DNA of 63,783 nucleotides, the filler included. It is 7 parts of 7 records of this genome, joined end to end, with 100 filler letters (N's around TTAATTAATTAA, not from the genome) between each part and the next. Parts side by side here need not be neighbours in the genome. Positions count along the whole stretch, not along the records: positions 1 to 14,923 come from SRR31156797_20870; 6 more parts are not named here. One strand, given 5' to 3'. The notes under the pieces were generated by a model. It worked only from the letters and a program-made list of their open reading frames with translations, made no database searches and had not been told where the DNA came from. Each line of letters opens with the position of its first letter. Within the stretch, counting starts at the first letter, position 1. Shown one piece after another: positions 1 to 11,109 of this stretch. The position numbers and the translations under genes are program-made.

Positions 1-540
1 TTTGGTAAACCCCAGGTCAATGACATTGCCTTCCCTGTAAGCGCTCATCCCGTAGAGCCGCATCATGGCCACCCCCAGCTTGGACGACATGAGCCTGAGC
101 TGAAAGGTCAGTTTTACATTTAAAAAATTGGGCAAAGGAAACATGGCCAGGGATATGAACAGGGGAAACCAGATGGTTTTCAATCGCTCCCACCCCATAT
201 GGATCCAGCACAATCCCGCAACCACCAGCCAGCAGGAAAAATAGAGCATGAAATATTCGCCGGCCAGATCTCCCATCCAGAAAAGGCAGAGACCCGGAAC
301 CAGTATGAAAAATCCCTGCCAGTTCACCCTGGCCGGGACATGAAAAAACCAGTTTTTCTTTTCCCAGAGCAGATACAACACGATAAAAGGCATGAGCATG
401 CCGTGGGAATAATCGTCCCTGGCCCAGTCTTTTTCAACCAGCCATTCAAAGGTAGAAAAATAGATGCCCGATACCAGCACCCCCATTAAAGCCGCCTGGA
501 TCAAGCCCTTATTCACTAAGATATTTTTTTTCGCAATCAT
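1..540 (-). CDS. Exosortase (EpsH/Xrt family), N-terminal part; runs off the window start; absent from the ORF track
   Basis: Manual translation from ATG at 540 (ATGA overlap with the upstream gene's stop): MIAKK...KDWARDDYSHGMLMPFIVLYLLWEKK...FPLPNFLNVKLTFQLRLMSSKLGVAMMRLYGMSAYREGNVIDLGFTK. YSHG..P and REGNVIDL are exosortase motifs; the catalytic Cys would lie just beyond the edge. Confidence 0.85.
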   Translation of the reverse strand, partial: MIAKKNILVNKGLIQAALMGVLVSGIYFSTFEWLVEKDWARDDYSHGMLMPFIVLYLLWEKKNWFFHVPARVNWQGFFILVPGLCLFWMGDLAGEYFMLYFSCWLVVAGLCWIHMGWERLKTIWFPLFISLAMFPLPNFLNVKLTFQLRLMSSKLGVAMMRLYGMSAYREGNVIDLGFTK

Positions 541-1271
541 TGCATTAACTTTCTCATGGCCACCTGGGCCGCAAATATCGGCAGTTTAATCTGCCTCCTG
601 ATCCGTGAGGGCTCCGCCATCAACCTGTAAAACCATTCAAGTCCCGTTTTACAATAAAACTCAGGGGCCCGCTTAACGGTTCCGGCCAGCACATCAAGGG
701 TGCCGCCGATTCCCTGGCAGACCCGGACATACTTTAACCGGTCCCGGTTATTGGCAATCCAGACTTCCTGTTTTGGGGAGCCCAGGGCCAAAAACAGAAT
801 CTGGGCCCTTGACTCGTTTATTCTGTCAATGAGTTCCCCTGTTTTATCATCACCTAAATAGCCGTTCTGGCGCCCTGCAATCTTCAAATTGGGATGCCGG
901 TCCAGCAATTCTTCTGCCGCAGCCTTATTGACCTCTTCCCTGGCCCCGTAAATAAAAATTCTATACCCTTTGTCAGCCGACAAAGCGCAGATATTCTGCA
1001 TGAGTTCACACCCCGGCACCCGCTTTACGGATGCCCTATGCAGCCAGTTAGCCGCCATCACCATGCCGATGCCGTCGGGAATCAGAAGATCCGCTTCTCT
1101 GAACATTTTGTACAAAAAAGGATCTTTGGGAACAGAGTAATTCTTTTCAGGATTTGAGGCAAAAATCGTATAAACCCTCTTCCCTTTCTCAACAAAAGCC
1201 AGGACCCGGTCCAAAGCCCGGTCCATATCGCAGTCATCTATCCATAAATTCAGGATCGAATATCTTTTCAT
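537..1271 (-). CDS. WecB/TagA/CpsF family glycosyltransferase (GT26)
   Basis: Motifs PDGIG, RVPGCEL, LGSPKQE, GIGGTLD, RAP, GLEWFYRL..EPSR. Confidence 0.92.
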   Translation of the reverse strand: MKRYSILNLWIDDCDMDRALDRVLAFVEKGKRVYTIFASNPEKNYSVPKDPFLYKMFREADLLIPDGIGMVMAANWLHRASVKRVPGCELMQNICALSADKGYRIFIYGAREEVNKAAAEELLDRHPNLKIAGRQNGYLGDDKTGELIDRINESRAQILFLALGSPKQEVWIANNRDRLKYVRVCQGIGGTLDVLAGTVKRAPEFYCKTGLEWFYRLMAEPSRIRRQIKLPIFAAQVAMRKLMQ

Positions 1272-1320
1272 TTATCAAATCACTCTTTTTTAAATATACC
1301 CATTACCAAACGACCGTGGC

Positions 1321-3156
1321 CTATCCGAATTCATCCAGCCAGAAATAAAGGCTTAACAATAAGAATATTTGTCGTTCCTGATTTAATCCTTTTTCATGGG
1401 CCAACAGGATTTTTTTCACTTCCCCAATGTCAAAATAGGTGGAAAATTTTGATTTTTTATCCAATAATAATTTCCAGACCAGGCTATGCCCGCTGAACCA
1501 TTTCTTTGTCGGGGATTGAAACCCTTTCTTTTTCCTTTCCACAATAGAACGGGGAAGCACCTGCCTGGCCCACTTCCGATGAATAATTTTCGAATTTCTC
1601 ATGCTCACCCTGTCATGAGACGGCAATGACAAAATAAAATTTACCAAATCAAGGTCCAGCATCGGGACACGGCACTCCACCGAAAAATGCATTGTTATCT
1701 TATCGGTATACAATAATAGATCATCGGCCAAATTCATTCGAAGATCTATTGCCATCATTCTTTCCACGCTGCTGTTCATATCAGCACAGCCCAATGCATC
1801 ATAAAAGTACTGCACCCGCTCCCTGGATTTTATATCCCGAACACCGATTAGGGTTTCGATTTTATCAGTATCAAAAACAGAATAAGACGACAAAAAACGA
1901 GAAATATCATCCTTGTATCGGAAGGCTGAAAACCCGCGATTTAACTGCTCATGACGCACCCCAAGAAAATCGATCACTTTTTTCCCTTGCGTCGCAAAAA
2001 AAGGGGGGACGAATCTGCGATATAATTCTCCCCGATAGCGGCCATACCCGCCCAGAGATTCATCAGCGCCCTGGCCGGAAAGAACGACCTTGACCTCTTT
2101 AGCTGCCAGCTGTGCCAGATAATACATGGGGATAATTGAGGTTGTCGCCAATGGTTCTTCAACTATTTTGATACATGACTGAATCACATCCAAAAAATCA
2201 TCAAATCCCACGCGGGTCGAGATCGAGGCCGCCCCTATTGCCCGGGCCGTTTCCCTTGCGTCAACAATTTCATCACTTTTGTCCTCTTCCTTAAACCCTA
2301 CGGTAAATGCCTTCATGGAGGTTAAAGTTTTTTCCTGGGCAAATTTTGCAACAAGGGCTGAATCAATTCCCCCACTTAAAAAAGTGCCGACTTCAACATC
2401 GGACATGAGCTGGCGATGAACAGCTTTTTGAAAAAGGTCCCCATATTGTTCAACAATAGCTGAATCCCTAAGGTCAGGGTGGGTACAAAATTGGGTTTGG
2501 AAGATAAAGGATTCTTCCTCTATCTTCAAATCGGCTTTCCCGAATTGGATGGTCAGATGATGACCGGGCCTTAATTTTCGAATATTTTTAAATAAGGTAT
2601 CCGGTGAGGGTGAGTATCGTAGACATAAGAGTTCAGAAAGGTGGGTCAGATCAACCGAGTCTTTGACCAATCGTTGAACAGGCCTGATTTCAGACGAAAA
2701 AACCAATTGGTCGGATTGTTGCCAATAATAAAGCGGTTTTACCCCAAAGGGATCTCTGCATAGAATTAATTTTTTTTCAACCGCATCCAGAAATGCAAAG
2801 GAAAAAATACCGTTAAACTCACGAACGGCATTAATTCCGTATTTTGCAATATAGTATAAAATAGTTTCTGTATCTGAATGCCCTCTAAACCGGACCCCGG
2901 GCAATTTATCCCTCAACTCCAAATGGTTGTATATTTCTCCGTTAAAAATGATGGAAAATTGCTTGTCAGCCGTTGACATGGGTTGATGCCCGGCCGGACT
3001 CAGGTCAACAATCGACAACCTCCTATGGCCAAGGGCGATTGACGTTTGACCAAAGGCAAAACGTTCGATTCCGGAATCATCAGGGCCCCTTCGACGGATC
3101 AAATCCAATACCGAGGCGTCAAAATCCAGATTGATGCTGCCCAGAATTCCACACAT
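1321..3156 (-). CDS. asnB: Asparagine synthase (glutamine-hydrolysing)-type amidotransferase, polysaccharide-associated
   Basis: N-terminal MCGI, RGPD, GHRRLSIVDL, FNGEIYNH, LSGGIDS, SGQGADE. Confidence 0.92.
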   Translation of the reverse strand: MCGILGSINLDFDASVLDLIRRRGPDDSGIERFAFGQTSIALGHRRLSIVDLSPAGHQPMSTADKQFSIIFNGEIYNHLELRDKLPGVRFRGHSDTETILYYIAKYGINAVREFNGIFSFAFLDAVEKKLILCRDPFGVKPLYYWQQSDQLVFSSEIRPVQRLVKDSVDLTHLSELLCLRYSPSPDTLFKNIRKLRPGHHLTIQFGKADLKIEEESFIFQTQFCTHPDLRDSAIVEQYGDLFQKAVHRQLMSDVEVGTFLSGGIDSALVAKFAQEKTLTSMKAFTVGFKEEDKSDEIVDARETARAIGAASISTRVGFDDFLDVIQSCIKIVEEPLATTSIIPMYYLAQLAAKEVKVVLSGQGADESLGGYGRYRGELYRRFVPPFFATQGKKVIDFLGVRHEQLNRGFSAFRYKDDISRFLSSYSVFDTDKIETLIGVRDIKSRERVQYFYDALGCADMNSSVERMMAIDLRMNLADDLLLYTDKITMHFSVECRVPMLDLDLVNFILSLPSHDRVSMRNSKIIHRKWARQVLPRSIVERKKKGFQSPTKKWFSGHSLVWKLLLDKKSKFSTYFDIGEVKKILLAHEKGLNQERQIFLLLSLYFWLDEFG

Positions 3157-3237
3157 ATTAAATAAGACCCAACGGGAGGATTAACCGCCCCATGGCAATT
3201 TCACTAGATTCCATTTGAACACCCTCATAACTAAACC

Positions 3238-3753
3238 TCAAACTCGTTTCCGAATCAACTTAGCGGGAACTCCGCCAACGATATGGTTTTCAGGAACATT
3301 TTCGGTAACGACAGCTCCGGCGGCAACCACACTGCCAGTCGCTATTCTTACTCCCGGCATAATAATAACATTTCTGCCAATCCATACATCATCTTCTATA
3401 ATCGGAGGATCATCTTTTGTTTCACCCTGTTGAATCATGGGAATATCAAGCCTGTCCTTTTTATGGGATCTGGTTAATATCGCCACATTGGGCGCTATCA
3501 TTACATTGTTTCCTATTTCCGCTCCCTGAATAAAAACGTTCTCGTTAATATGGCAACATTTACCAATTTTCAGTAAATGGCCGGAACCAATATAAACGGT
3601 ATTTTCAAAATAATTGTTTTTGTCGGGAATCATTATTTTAAGAATATGGCATACATACCATACCCGAATTTTGTTGGCAGTTTTCATCAGCCTGGAATGG
3701 GGCAATCGGCTGAACAGAAGATAATACAGTATAATTTTAATTTTGTGGGTCAT
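3238..3753 (-). CDS. Hexapeptide-repeat (LbH) O-acetyltransferase
   Basis: IEDDVWIGRNVIIMPGVRIATGSVVAAGAVVT...IVGGVPAKLI. Confidence 0.9.
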   Translation of the reverse strand: MTHKIKIILYYLLFSRLPHSRLMKTANKIRVWYVCHILKIMIPDKNNYFENTVYIGSGHLLKIGKCCHINENVFIQGAEIGNNVMIAPNVAILTRSHKKDRLDIPMIQQGETKDDPPIIEDDVWIGRNVIIMPGVRIATGSVVAAGAVVTENVPENHIVGGVPAKLIRKRV

Positions 3754-4921
3754 TTTCTACTTTCGACAATGCATATAAAAGGGGCATAACGGCCCAGCGC
3801 AGCATATCCATATTCCTTTTCACCCCAAACATATCAATCATTGAATAAAAATGACCGCGTTTGTGAAAATTATCAAATATAGACCGCACCAGAATCCGGA
3901 TCAAATCTTTATCCTTCATTAATACGGCCAAGTTCAAGGCTTCTGCATTGTCGTATAGATCATACTTGGTTATGCCGATCTTATTGGCCATGGCAAATCG
4001 TTTAAATAATTGGGCCCTTTCGACCCAAAAGGCATCTTTAATATATTCATAACCTTTAGAGACAATATTCTGAGCATCAGTGAAGGCCATGCACCGGTTC
4101 GCTTTGATGATATTCTTAAGAACAAAGCAGCTGTGAAAACAGTCAATAAAACTATTATTTTCAACCGAGTACATCCAGGAGCCGTCTTTATTCTGATGGT
4201 CAACAATATATTGAAAAATTTTCCGGGCAGAACTCCTGGCAAAATCGTATTCCTCACCGTCCAGATAATATTCAGCAAAAAGGGCATATGAATACATGGT
4301 ATAGGATAGTGAATTTATGACAATACGGTCTTTAAAAGGGCTATATGAAGTCGCCATGGAACCTTCGTCTTCATGTATGATCCGGATATCGTTCTTAAAA
4401 AACCGGAATATTGATTTGATGGCATCAATGCAAACAGGATCCCCGGATAGAAGGACATATTCATGCAGGGCTTCCAGGACATAAGGGGTTACGGTAACAA
4501 AGGGGGTATTCGCATCATATACAAGGCCTTTGCTTACAGGATATCTAAAATTTATCCCCCAGCATTTACCTGAATATCCCCGACAGGGATGACGCAGAAG
4601 CCAGTCAATATGCTTCCGGGCAAATTGAAGATATTCTTCACGCTTATTCTTATGGTATAAATTGATCAAAGCCAGCGCAGCCATAGCCCTTACAATGGGG
4701 TATTCCTGCGGCTTGTATAAAACCCTGAACTTATTGTTGAAAAAAACATCCCAAACGGTAGCCACAGCCGCAAAAGGCAATGCCAGATACTTGTTATGGT
4801 TATAATAATTTTTTATGGCATAACCGGGCTTTGATTTCCATATATCATAGGGGTCGAAGCCTGAAAGATTCTCTTTTGCGCAATAGTCTATTATGAATGA
4901 TTCAATATCAGGATTTTTCAT
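3737..4921 (-). CDS. Conserved polysaccharide-locus protein, probable (alpha/alpha) barrel fold
   Basis: GFDPYD N-terminal motif, repeated helical units (QNKDGSWMY, FIDCFH), C-terminal MLRW; tightly packed in the operon. Confidence 0.6.
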   Translation of the reverse strand: MKNPDIESFIIDYCAKENLSGFDPYDIWKSKPGYAIKNYYNHNKYLALPFAAVATVWDVFFNNKFRVLYKPQEYPIVRAMAALALINLYHKNKREEYLQFARKHIDWLLRHPCRGYSGKCWGINFRYPVSKGLVYDANTPFVTVTPYVLEALHEYVLLSGDPVCIDAIKSIFRFFKNDIRIIHEDEGSMATSYSPFKDRIVINSLSYTMYSYALFAEYYLDGEEYDFARSSARKIFQYIVDHQNKDGSWMYSVENNSFIDCFHSCFVLKNIIKANRCMAFTDAQNIVSKGYEYIKDAFWVERAQLFKRFAMANKIGITKYDLYDNAEALNLAVLMKDKDLIRILVRSIFDNFHKRGHFYSMIDMFGVKRNMDMLRWAVMPLLYALSKVENDPQN

Positions 4922-4939
4922 GACAAACTATATCCGTCA

Positions 4940-6028
4940 CTATGTTTCAAGCGTTTTTTTATAATTGTGTTTTAAAAACTCAGCCACTTTCGGCGCAAGG
5001 AGGTTTTTACAGGCATATTCATGATTATGTTTTCCCATCTGAACCATTGTCTGCCTTTTATTAATCAAGGATTCAATACCGTGGGCAATCTGATCCGCAT
5101 TTTTCGGCTCAACCAGGTACCCCATTTTACCGTCTTGAAAAAAATCAGCAAGACCTCCCACAGAGGTGGTTATTACGGGCATGGCAAATGCCATGGCTTC
5201 CAAGACGGAATTTGGCAGACCTTCTCCATAATAAGAGGGGAAACAATAGATATGGCTTTCCGACAGGACCTTGATCTTATCGTCCCCCATCACATAGCCA
5301 AGCAAAGAGATGCATCCTTCAGGCAAAGACAGACTATCAATGTGGGAACGTAGCTGGGACAACAGCGGCCCATCGCCTGTGATGGATAAAGAGACCGTCA
5401 ATCCCCGATCAATAAGTTTTGTCACAGCATCAATAACGTCAAAAATCCCCTTTTCTCTTTCCAAGCGAGCCAGATACAAAATTTTAATTTGCTGTACCCG
5501 TCTTAAGTCAGAAAGCTTATCGCTGATATTAAAGTCTTTGAGAAGGCGATTATCAACCACAGTGGTTCCGAGTACAACAGGTTGATGAGCACCCCACTGC
5601 TTTAGCTTCCGGTCAAATTCGCTGGCCAGCACAATAAACCTATCGGCCTTTGCAAAGGTCTTTTTAAAAAACCATTTCAGCCGGTTTTCAACCATCACTG
5701 CAAAATCACCATCCCAGCCCCGGAAGAAGACCAACACCTTAACGCCCTTCCTTTTTGCCAGCCAAACAAACAATCCGTCCCTGATAAAGCTTTTCCACCC
5801 TAGTGAGGGATTGATATGAACTAAATCCGGGGACGACTTTAAAGCAGCCAAATACCGCAACTGATCAACTATCGGATGAAGATTTAAAAACCCCTTTCTA
5901 AAACTTCCGATCTCAAAGGAAATAACCTTGAATGCCGCATCATCAAGACAGGGAACCACTGCACGGTAATAATTGGCTACCCCCCCTACCCCTTTCCTGT
6001 GGGGCCGCACCAATAAGACCTTAAACAT
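4940..6028 (-). CDS. Glycosyltransferase family 4
   Basis: GGVANY, RLEREKG, EGLPNSVLEAMA (EX7E motif). Confidence 0.9.
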   Translation of the reverse strand: MFKVLLVRPHRKGVGGVANYYRAVVPCLDDAAFKVISFEIGSFRKGFLNLHPIVDQLRYLAALKSSPDLVHINPSLGWKSFIRDGLFVWLAKRKGVKVLVFFRGWDGDFAVMVENRLKWFFKKTFAKADRFIVLASEFDRKLKQWGAHQPVVLGTTVVDNRLLKDFNISDKLSDLRRVQQIKILYLARLEREKGIFDVIDAVTKLIDRGLTVSLSITGDGPLLSQLRSHIDSLSLPEGCISLLGYVMGDDKIKVLSESHIYCFPSYYGEGLPNSVLEAMAFAMPVITTSVGGLADFFQDGKMGYLVEPKNADQIAHGIESLINKRQTMVQMGKHNHEYACKNLLAPKVAEFLKHNYKKTLET

Positions 6029-7205
6029 TCACCAACGAGTCCTTATTTTTCACTCTTTTCAGCATATGAATAATAGCCATCGCCCGCCGGTCCCAGGTAT
6101 AGCTTTCAAAGACCTTCTCCCGGGCCTGCCTGCCGATCTTATCCGCCTCACCCAAAGCCATTGCTTTTTCCAATGTCATCCGCAGCGACTCAAAGGAATC
6201 CGGATCGGCTAAAAGCGCTGTTTTTCCATCGTCAAGAACCTCTTTGATCGTTGGAAAAGCATGGCCGACAATTAATCTTCCGGAAGCCATGTACTCAAAT
6301 GTTTTTAAGGGAGAGCAATAATTGATTGTTTTGACCTGGTTGGTCCAAATCATTAACAAAATATCTGCACATTGAAGATAACGGGGGACATCAAGATGGC
6401 TTATCCGCCCGATAAAACGAATATTTTCCCCCTTACATTTCCCCTTGGATAATTTTTCATATTCACGCCTCTTTGGTTCCGGACCGCCAACGACAATAAA
6501 AACAGTTTGCGGAAAAATAACAGCCAGGTCAATAACCGCATCTATTCCCCGGTCTGAATAAAGGCTGCCGATATACATAACAATTTTTTTATTGGCAGGA
6601 ATGGCCATCTTTTTCCGAAGGAAATTTGGCCCTGCCGTCCCTTGGAAAGGTTGCTTGTTAACCCCACTGTGCAATGCGGATATTTTTTCGGGCGGCACAC
6701 CCTGTTTGGCCCAAAAATCTGCCAAAGCATGGCTGATAGTTACGAAGCCGATTAATTTGTCATTTTTTGCGTCTTTAATTAATCGCCTATGCCAAAATCG
6801 ATTTAAAATTTTCGATCCGGAGTGGACCAATGAATTATGAGATTCATATATTACGGGAATCTTTTTTTTCAGGACAAGGGACGCATATAATGAATTCCGT
6901 GTGAAACATAGGTCGCAATCAATTTTTTTTAAAATCCTCTTTACGCCGAAATAGCCGCCAATAAGCGAGAGCCTGTTACCAATAGTTAGTTTGCGAAACG
7001 TTACAATTGAAAAATTCATTTCAATTCCAAACATCCTTTCTACAATCTCACTATATTCTTTTTGGCTCCTGATTCGTTTACCCCCAGGCAGCGCCAAAAC
7101 CACATCAAGCCCGTTATTGGCAAATGCATGGCACATCTGCACGACTTGAACCAAATTTGCCTTCTCCGATTCAATTCCCGTTTCATGGAGATAAAATAAC
7201 TTCAC
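6021..7205 (-). CDS. Glycosyltransferase family 4
   Basis: YIGSLYSDRG, SPLKTFEYMASG. Confidence 0.88.
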   Translation of the reverse strand: MKLFYLHETGIESEKANLVQVVQMCHAFANNGLDVVLALPGGKRIRSQKEYSEIVERMFGIEMNFSIVTFRKLTIGNRLSLIGGYFGVKRILKKIDCDLCFTRNSLYASLVLKKKIPVIYESHNSLVHSGSKILNRFWHRRLIKDAKNDKLIGFVTISHALADFWAKQGVPPEKISALHSGVNKQPFQGTAGPNFLRKKMAIPANKKIVMYIGSLYSDRGIDAVIDLAVIFPQTVFIVVGGPEPKRREYEKLSKGKCKGENIRFIGRISHLDVPRYLQCADILLMIWTNQVKTINYCSPLKTFEYMASGRLIVGHAFPTIKEVLDDGKTALLADPDSFESLRMTLEKAMALGEADKIGRQAREKVFESYTWDRRAMAIIHMLKRVKNKDSLVNV

Positions 7206-7206
7206 A

Positions 7207-8439
7207 TCACCCTCTATACTCAGCTTTTGACTTCAGATGCAGTTCAAGGGACGATAAAATCAAAAGAGCATCGGCATGGTTTCTTTTTTTGCCTAAATGA
7301 TCCTTCCAGATCTTTTCAATATCGATCCAGTCAACCGTTTTTCTATCCATCAAATCATAAATATTTGATTGTATTATTTGTCTAAAATTCGAATTATTTC
7401 GTATCGCAGATTCAAAATCCATATAATTTATACCCGGCGCCACAACAAAAGGAATAAAGCGACTAATAATTTGCTTAAGCTTATTCAAAGCCCTGTAGGA
7501 AAATTGCCGCATCCCCTTCACACCGATGGGCAGTCCAAAATTATTTTTTGTTTTCAGTCCAAAAAGTTCCGGAGAAAGATTCTGCAGTATTTTTTTGTAT
7601 AAATACTTATCCCTTCGAAATTCATCCTCAATACTAAACAAAAAATCCATAAATTCGTTGTTAATAAAAGGGGTTTTATAATTAAAGTTATTAAAAAGTA
7701 TATGTGGAGCCGTCATTTTTACGCTTCTCTCATTAAATAGCAATTGCTCTTCATATGACAAAACCTTGGGATCTAAATAATTGGATGTATCAACTCTTTT
7801 CCAATAGTCAGAGGGGGCACAGCAGGTAAGATCAATCGACTTACAGAAAGAAAAATAATTAAAATGATTACTCCTTGCCTTTTCTATTGTTTCTTTTTTG
7901 TACGGGAGATACCCCCCGGCAACGACATCCCCAACGTAGCCTGACCAAATGGTACTATCCAGATAATAGTTTTTTAGCTCACTTATCGGAGGATGATGAA
8001 ATAATACGGTTTGATGATCTGTCTGGTATGAAACTTCCAAAAAATCTTTTTGAGAATACCTGCATTCCGGTAACGGAAAACTTTTATGATTTGTCCCTGC
8101 AACGGAAGCAAGATAGTTGCCAATTTCATAATCCAGGGTGCCCGGGGTACCAAATGTAAAGGTGCAGATCTGGCCCGCTTCCGAAAATTTGAGCAAACCG
8201 GCAAGAATTGCCCGGCTATCGAGCCCTCCACTCAAAGGGAGGACATTTTTTTTATTGGCGTCGAATTCATTTGCAATCCCGTTTAAAAACTTTTCCGTAC
8301 CGATTTCTATCAATTCTGTTTCAGAAAAATTCTTATATTTTTGTTTATCAATGCCTGATAAGTCCAGGGTATAATTTGAAGACTTATAATCGATAAAATA
8401 CCCCATCTGCAAAAAGGAATTGAGATTAAGAATGTCCAT
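7207..8439 (-). CDS. Asparagine synthase-like synthetase domain only (no glutaminase domain)
   Basis: PP-loop LSGGLDSR, TFTFG..GTLD; lacks the N-terminal Cys/Ntn domain. Confidence 0.75.
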   Translation of the reverse strand: MDILNLNSFLQMGYFIDYKSSNYTLDLSGIDKQKYKNFSETELIEIGTEKFLNGIANEFDANKKNVLPLSGGLDSRAILAGLLKFSEAGQICTFTFGTPGTLDYEIGNYLASVAGTNHKSFPLPECRYSQKDFLEVSYQTDHQTVLFHHPPISELKNYYLDSTIWSGYVGDVVAGGYLPYKKETIEKARSNHFNYFSFCKSIDLTCCAPSDYWKRVDTSNYLDPKVLSYEEQLLFNERSVKMTAPHILFNNFNYKTPFINNEFMDFLFSIEDEFRRDKYLYKKILQNLSPELFGLKTKNNFGLPIGVKGMRQFSYRALNKLKQIISRFIPFVVAPGINYMDFESAIRNNSNFRQIIQSNIYDLMDRKTVDWIDIEKIWKDHLGKKRNHADALLILSSLELHLKSKAEYRG

Positions 8440-8464
8440 AAAAGCTTACATTTCCATCTTTTGA

Positions 8465-9559
8465 TTAAAATAGATCCATCAATTTATCAATATTCTTTAA
8501 CGAATGATGCTTCTCAGCATACTGCTTTGCTTCATCTCCCATCTTGCTTCTTAATAATTCGTCCGAAATTAACAAATGAACATCTTTAATGAGCTGCTGA
8601 AACGATTTGCTGTGTCTTCCTATTTTTTTTCTTTTCAACAAATCGTCCGGATCACTGTTAAGACTTATAACGGGTACTTTACATAGCCATGACTGAATAA
8701 AGGTATTGGAAAATCCTTCGGACTTGCTGGTGGATATAAAGATATGGGATTCCAACAATAATCGATTTACCTCTTGGTTTGGAATTTCCCCCAGATACTT
8801 CAAATTATTAAGTTCATTTATTTTTAATTCAAGATCTCCTTGATAGGTACCAGATGCTGGACGTCCTACCATAAGGAACCTGACATTCTTTTTTTCCTTA
8901 AAATGGGCGGCAAGGTCTATAAACAATTCAGGTTGTTTGTGCGGCTTAATATTGGCCACCCATAATATTTTAATTGGAAATGGTTTATCCATTGTCCCGT
9001 GAACTAAAGGATGCCAATTCCCTATAATACAACTGCAATGTTTTTTATAATTCTCGAAAAGCAATTCATCTTGATATTTCGCTTGCCCGACAATACAATC
9101 AGCATTTCGAATTCCGTACCCGGCACACCGCTTATCCAAATAATCAAATATCAACGATCGATAGCGCTTGATTTTATAGGGAAGGACATCGCCTTTTGCG
9201 GCGATATGCCAAACTAATTTACACTGGTTTTTTTGGGCGTATTTGGCAGCAATGCCGCAAAACGAATGGGTAGAATGTTGATAAATAACATCTGGTTTTA
9301 CGCGGTTTAAAATTTTACATACAGCGGATGTATACAAAAAAATATTGGATCCGAACTTCTGAGTCCACCGTTTGGGTCGAATAGGGTGCAAGGTCACAGG
9401 CCAACTTGATTCAGACTTTTTAGAATCATAATTTATAAATATATAATGGACAGTATAACCACGTTTTATCAGTTCAGGGATCAAAAGCGAAATCTGCTGT
9501 TCGGCTCCGCCCATAACATATTCAAAATAATGCTCGGTAAGAATCACTATCGTTTTCAT
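8465..9559 (-). CDS. Glycosyltransferase family 4
   Basis: GGAEQQ, WVANIKPHKQPE, EGFSNTFIQSW. Confidence 0.88.
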   Translation of the reverse strand: MKTIVILTEHYFEYVMGGAEQQISLLIPELIKRGYTVHYIFINYDSKKSESSWPVTLHPIRPKRWTQKFGSNIFLYTSAVCKILNRVKPDVIYQHSTHSFCGIAAKYAQKNQCKLVWHIAAKGDVLPYKIKRYRSLIFDYLDKRCAGYGIRNADCIVGQAKYQDELLFENYKKHCSCIIGNWHPLVHGTMDKPFPIKILWVANIKPHKQPELFIDLAAHFKEKKNVRFLMVGRPASGTYQGDLELKINELNNLKYLGEIPNQEVNRLLLESHIFISTSKSEGFSNTFIQSWLCKVPVISLNSDPDDLLKRKKIGRHSKSFQQLIKDVHLLISDELLRSKMGDEAKQYAEKHHSLKNIDKLMDLF

Positions 9560-9609
9560 AAATTCGCCTGTTTCAGATCGTACAAATCCATCAAGTTGAA
9601 TATGGAAAA

Positions 9610-11106
9610 TTAAAATACAAAAATTTTCCTTGGGAAAATCTTATTAACAAACCCGCGCTCTTCTTCTGCAAACGCTTTGTTTAAAGAACAGATTACCAAA
9701 TAAAAAACACTGCCTATCAATACCGTAAGGACAAATGAAAAAAGCCCATTAATATAAGGTTTGACTAAATAGCAAAACAAGCCCATAACAGCGGCATTTA
9801 CACCGATTTTCAATAGATTAATCACTTGAATTTCTATGCCTGCGTATTTTTTTGCATAATACAAACAAAACAAATTTTTAAACAACCCGGCAGATGAGGT
9901 GACGGCCGCAACGCCAACAATCCCGAAAGGCTCTATAACCAGCAAATCGCCGATCAAATTATACACAGCGAATATTTTACTATAAAAAAGAATATTAACT
10001 TTTTCTAGCGCCTGCAAAACAAGACCTGTTGGCTCCCCAAAAACATTAACTGCAAAAAAACTGACAACGATACACAGAGGCAGATATGCCGGAAGATACT
10101 TATCCCCGAAAATGTAAAATATAAATTCATCTCCCAGCACGCAAACGCCAATGGTAAGGGGAAAAAGAAACAAAGCCGCTATTTTCATATGGAAATTAAA
10201 CATTTTTCCGAGAACGTCTAAGTCTTTTGTTTTTGAGTACAATGTAAAAAAGACAGGTTGTATAATATTGCGCAAAATGGCATGGGGCAATATCTGCCGA
10301 AAAAGCTTCATTACCCTGTCGCAAAAGCCATAGACACCGGCCGCGGCAGGCCCCAGAAAAATGGTAATAATAAACAGGTCCGTAGCCATATCCAAAACAG
10401 AGGTTCCGACTTCGCTGAAAAAAGAAAATCCACCGTATCTTAAAAATCGTTTATTCTCTAATTCCACTCCAATTGTTTGTCTGTGTTCGGCAAGAAAATG
10501 CTTATAATAAAACAAGACCTGCATTGATAGCCATACAGCCCAGGAAATCGTTTCAACTAATAAAACGCCCAGAAGCCCTTTGCCCCAAATAATGATTAAA
10601 CAAAGCAGGCCAACGCGGATCATTGACCAGCAAAGATTCGATATAACCGCATATTTTTGTAAAAAAAGGCCGTCAAATACCGTTCTGAAAAGCCCGACTT
10701 CAAGCATGCATATAATACAAAATGAAAACAATAAAAAATAGTGTTCCCATCCTATAATTTTAAATGAATCGCCTATTACACCAGAGAGCATCGCAACGAT
10801 AACAATTGCAACCAAAGATAATAGCAACCGTAGTAACAAGCCTCTTTTAACCAGGGTTTTAATCAAACCGTAGTCTTTCTTTTCTAAGGCTTCCGGAATA
10901 AAGCGCTGGAAAATATTGGGCAGACCAAAACCGGTCAATATGCCAATCCAGGATGAGACGGCCAATAGCACATTGTAAATACCATATTCCTCAACCGACA
11001 GAAGTCTGGCAATCAAAGGCATGCTAATGGCGCCTAAAAGCCCGGAAACAAGAAACCGGAGACCCAGCCAAAAACTGCCCGTTCTAATTTTCGAATTCAA
11101 TCCCAT
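9610..11106 (-). CDS. wzx: Polysaccharide flippase (Wzx/MOP family)
   Basis: 498 aa, many TM segments, ARLLSVEEYGIY start motif, EPS cluster context. Confidence 0.85.
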   Translation of the reverse strand: MGLNSKIRTGSFWLGLRFLVSGLLGAISMPLIARLLSVEEYGIYNVLLAVSSWIGILTGFGLPNIFQRFIPEALEKKDYGLIKTLVKRGLLLRLLLSLVAIVIVAMLSGVIGDSFKIIGWEHYFLLFSFCIICMLEVGLFRTVFDGLFLQKYAVISNLCWSMIRVGLLCLIIIWGKGLLGVLLVETISWAVWLSMQVLFYYKHFLAEHRQTIGVELENKRFLRYGGFSFFSEVGTSVLDMATDLFIITIFLGPAAAGVYGFCDRVMKLFRQILPHAILRNIIQPVFFTLYSKTKDLDVLGKMFNFHMKIAALFLFPLTIGVCVLGDEFIFYIFGDKYLPAYLPLCIVVSFFAVNVFGEPTGLVLQALEKVNILFYSKIFAVYNLIGDLLVIEPFGIVGVAAVTSSAGLFKNLFCLYYAKKYAGIEIQVINLLKIGVNAAVMGLFCYLVKPYINGLFSFVLTVLIGSVFYLVICSLNKAFAEEERGFVNKIFPRKIFVF

Positions 11107-11109
11107 TGG